Shown one piece after another: positions 62,690 to 64,000 of a DNA stretch of 64,000 nt. Below the pieces are notes generated by a model. The model saw only the letters and a program-made list of their open reading frames with translations. It was not told where the DNA came from and did no database searches. The translations under genes were made by a program, and so were the position numbers. Position 1 is the stretch's first letter, and the number at the start of each line of letters is the position of its first letter. Origin of the DNA: Marsupella aquatica (Eukaryota; Plantae; Marchantiophyta); NCBI GenBank assembly GCA_973895155.1, contig OZ316892.1:12588238-12652237 (forward strand), read 5' to 3'.

Positions 62690-62915
62690 CCAAAACTCTT
62701 GTTCTTGTTAGAGACTACTATTTAGAGCCAATGGATGGGAGGGCACAACATGGAGGGAAGACAACAAGATAAATATATATATTTCTTGTCACCTGGTTTG
62801 GCTTCTTTAAAACTCTTGTTAGAGAGGAAGATTTAGAGCCAATGGATGGGAGGGCACATCATGGAGGGAAGACAACAAGATAACTATATATTCTTGTCTT
62901 CTGGTTTGGCTCCTT
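62690..62915. repeat. ~110 bp tandem duplication
   Basis: atttagagccaatggatgggagggcaca.catggagggaagacaacaagataa x2; related to the neighbouring array (gagccaatgga...gggcacaa). Confidence 0.88.
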
Positions 62916-64000
62916 TGCCCTTACTGTCATCCGCCTTGGGACAACCAAAAACTTTATTAAACTTTAAACCTTGTGATCCCCATTTGGGCAAAAACAAGTT
63001 AGAACTGTGACAAAATATTTTATAGTCTTTGTGAGATCTCAAAAGAACGTTGCCCCATAAATTTAAAGAATATTGTAAGCATTTTCATGTAAACACTCAC
63101 TCTTCAGTTTGTAGTTATTTTTACGCAATTTGGGATGGCACTACAGTACTTCTAATCTCTGTTTTGCAAACTCTCGGTCCCAGCCCTATTTTTCTCATTT
63201 TTGGAAAGGAGTGTAAGTGGGCACTTGCTCCCTGTCTTGGAAATTAGTAATTTAGTTTATGAAATTAATCAGGTAAAATGTGAGCTGCTATTGTTAAATA
63301 AAGACTAGACTATTAGAATAAGAATATAAAATCTCAAATTTTTCCTTTGTATTGAGTCACCACAGCATTTTCCTAGGCACATTAAACTAAAATTTACCTA
63401 CGAGGAGAGTGAATTTTTTCCTAGAAAGAAAGCGTTGCTCAGTCTTACCTGATTTATACAGGCCCGAGCTTCTATCAAGAACTATAATAACATGTTGGGC
63501 TTTTTTGCAGTGGCCATCTTTTGAATTAGCAGGGCCCAAAAAACAAAGAATCTCACAAAGAGAAGCAATAAACCCCAAAACAATTACATTTAATGTGAAG
63601 AAAAGAGTGACACGGTTCCCGCAGTGTTCTTCAAGCAAGGGAGCTACCAAATGACGCACAAGAATCAAGTCATCATCCTAAATCCTAAACTATAATACAA
63701 GATTGCGCCTTTTTATGAAGTGGTCGTAATTCAAATTTGCAGTGTCCAAAAACCATTAATTATGTCAAAGAGAAGGAATAAAGGTTACATTAAATTTAGT
63801 GTACACCAAAAAAGTAATAATTGCATTCCAAACAAGAGGGGAATCAAATGGGAGACGCAAAAGGAGAGAGCCACACAAAACAAGAGAGGGAATGTACATG
63901 CATGAGTATCAAGGAGGTTCTTGACCCATATACATGAAATATAAAAGTACATACTATATACTATACTATGTATTATTGCAAGTATTACAATATTGTAAAA

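Overview
Eukaryotic nuclear DNA from a non-seed land plant, most likely a bryophyte (liverwort-like). The evidence is spliceosomal introns, about 1 gene per 9 kb, an LHCB5 with a moss-type loop, and a metazoan-type PITP gene. Seven protein-coding genes can be assembled by hand with in-phase splice sites: an intronless PITP (START-fold phosphatidylinositol transfer protein) with a long C-terminal tail (+), CCDC25/DUF814 (+), ERGIC3/Erv46 (-), CLPTM1-family (+), MSH2 (-), DCP1 (-) and LHCB5/CP26 (-). Intergenic DNA holds many unrelated tandem-repeat arrays, at least three terminal-inverted-repeat (TIR) elements with no coding capacity, and decayed TE-like sequence. No rRNA, intact tRNA or CRISPR array was seen, and most short ORFs in the supplied track are spurious. 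I found no demonstrably new system. The best leads are the PITP with mixed class I/II residues, the private repeat array upstream of almost every gene, the CACTG/TA element, and the GC-AG intron and E2F site of MSH2.
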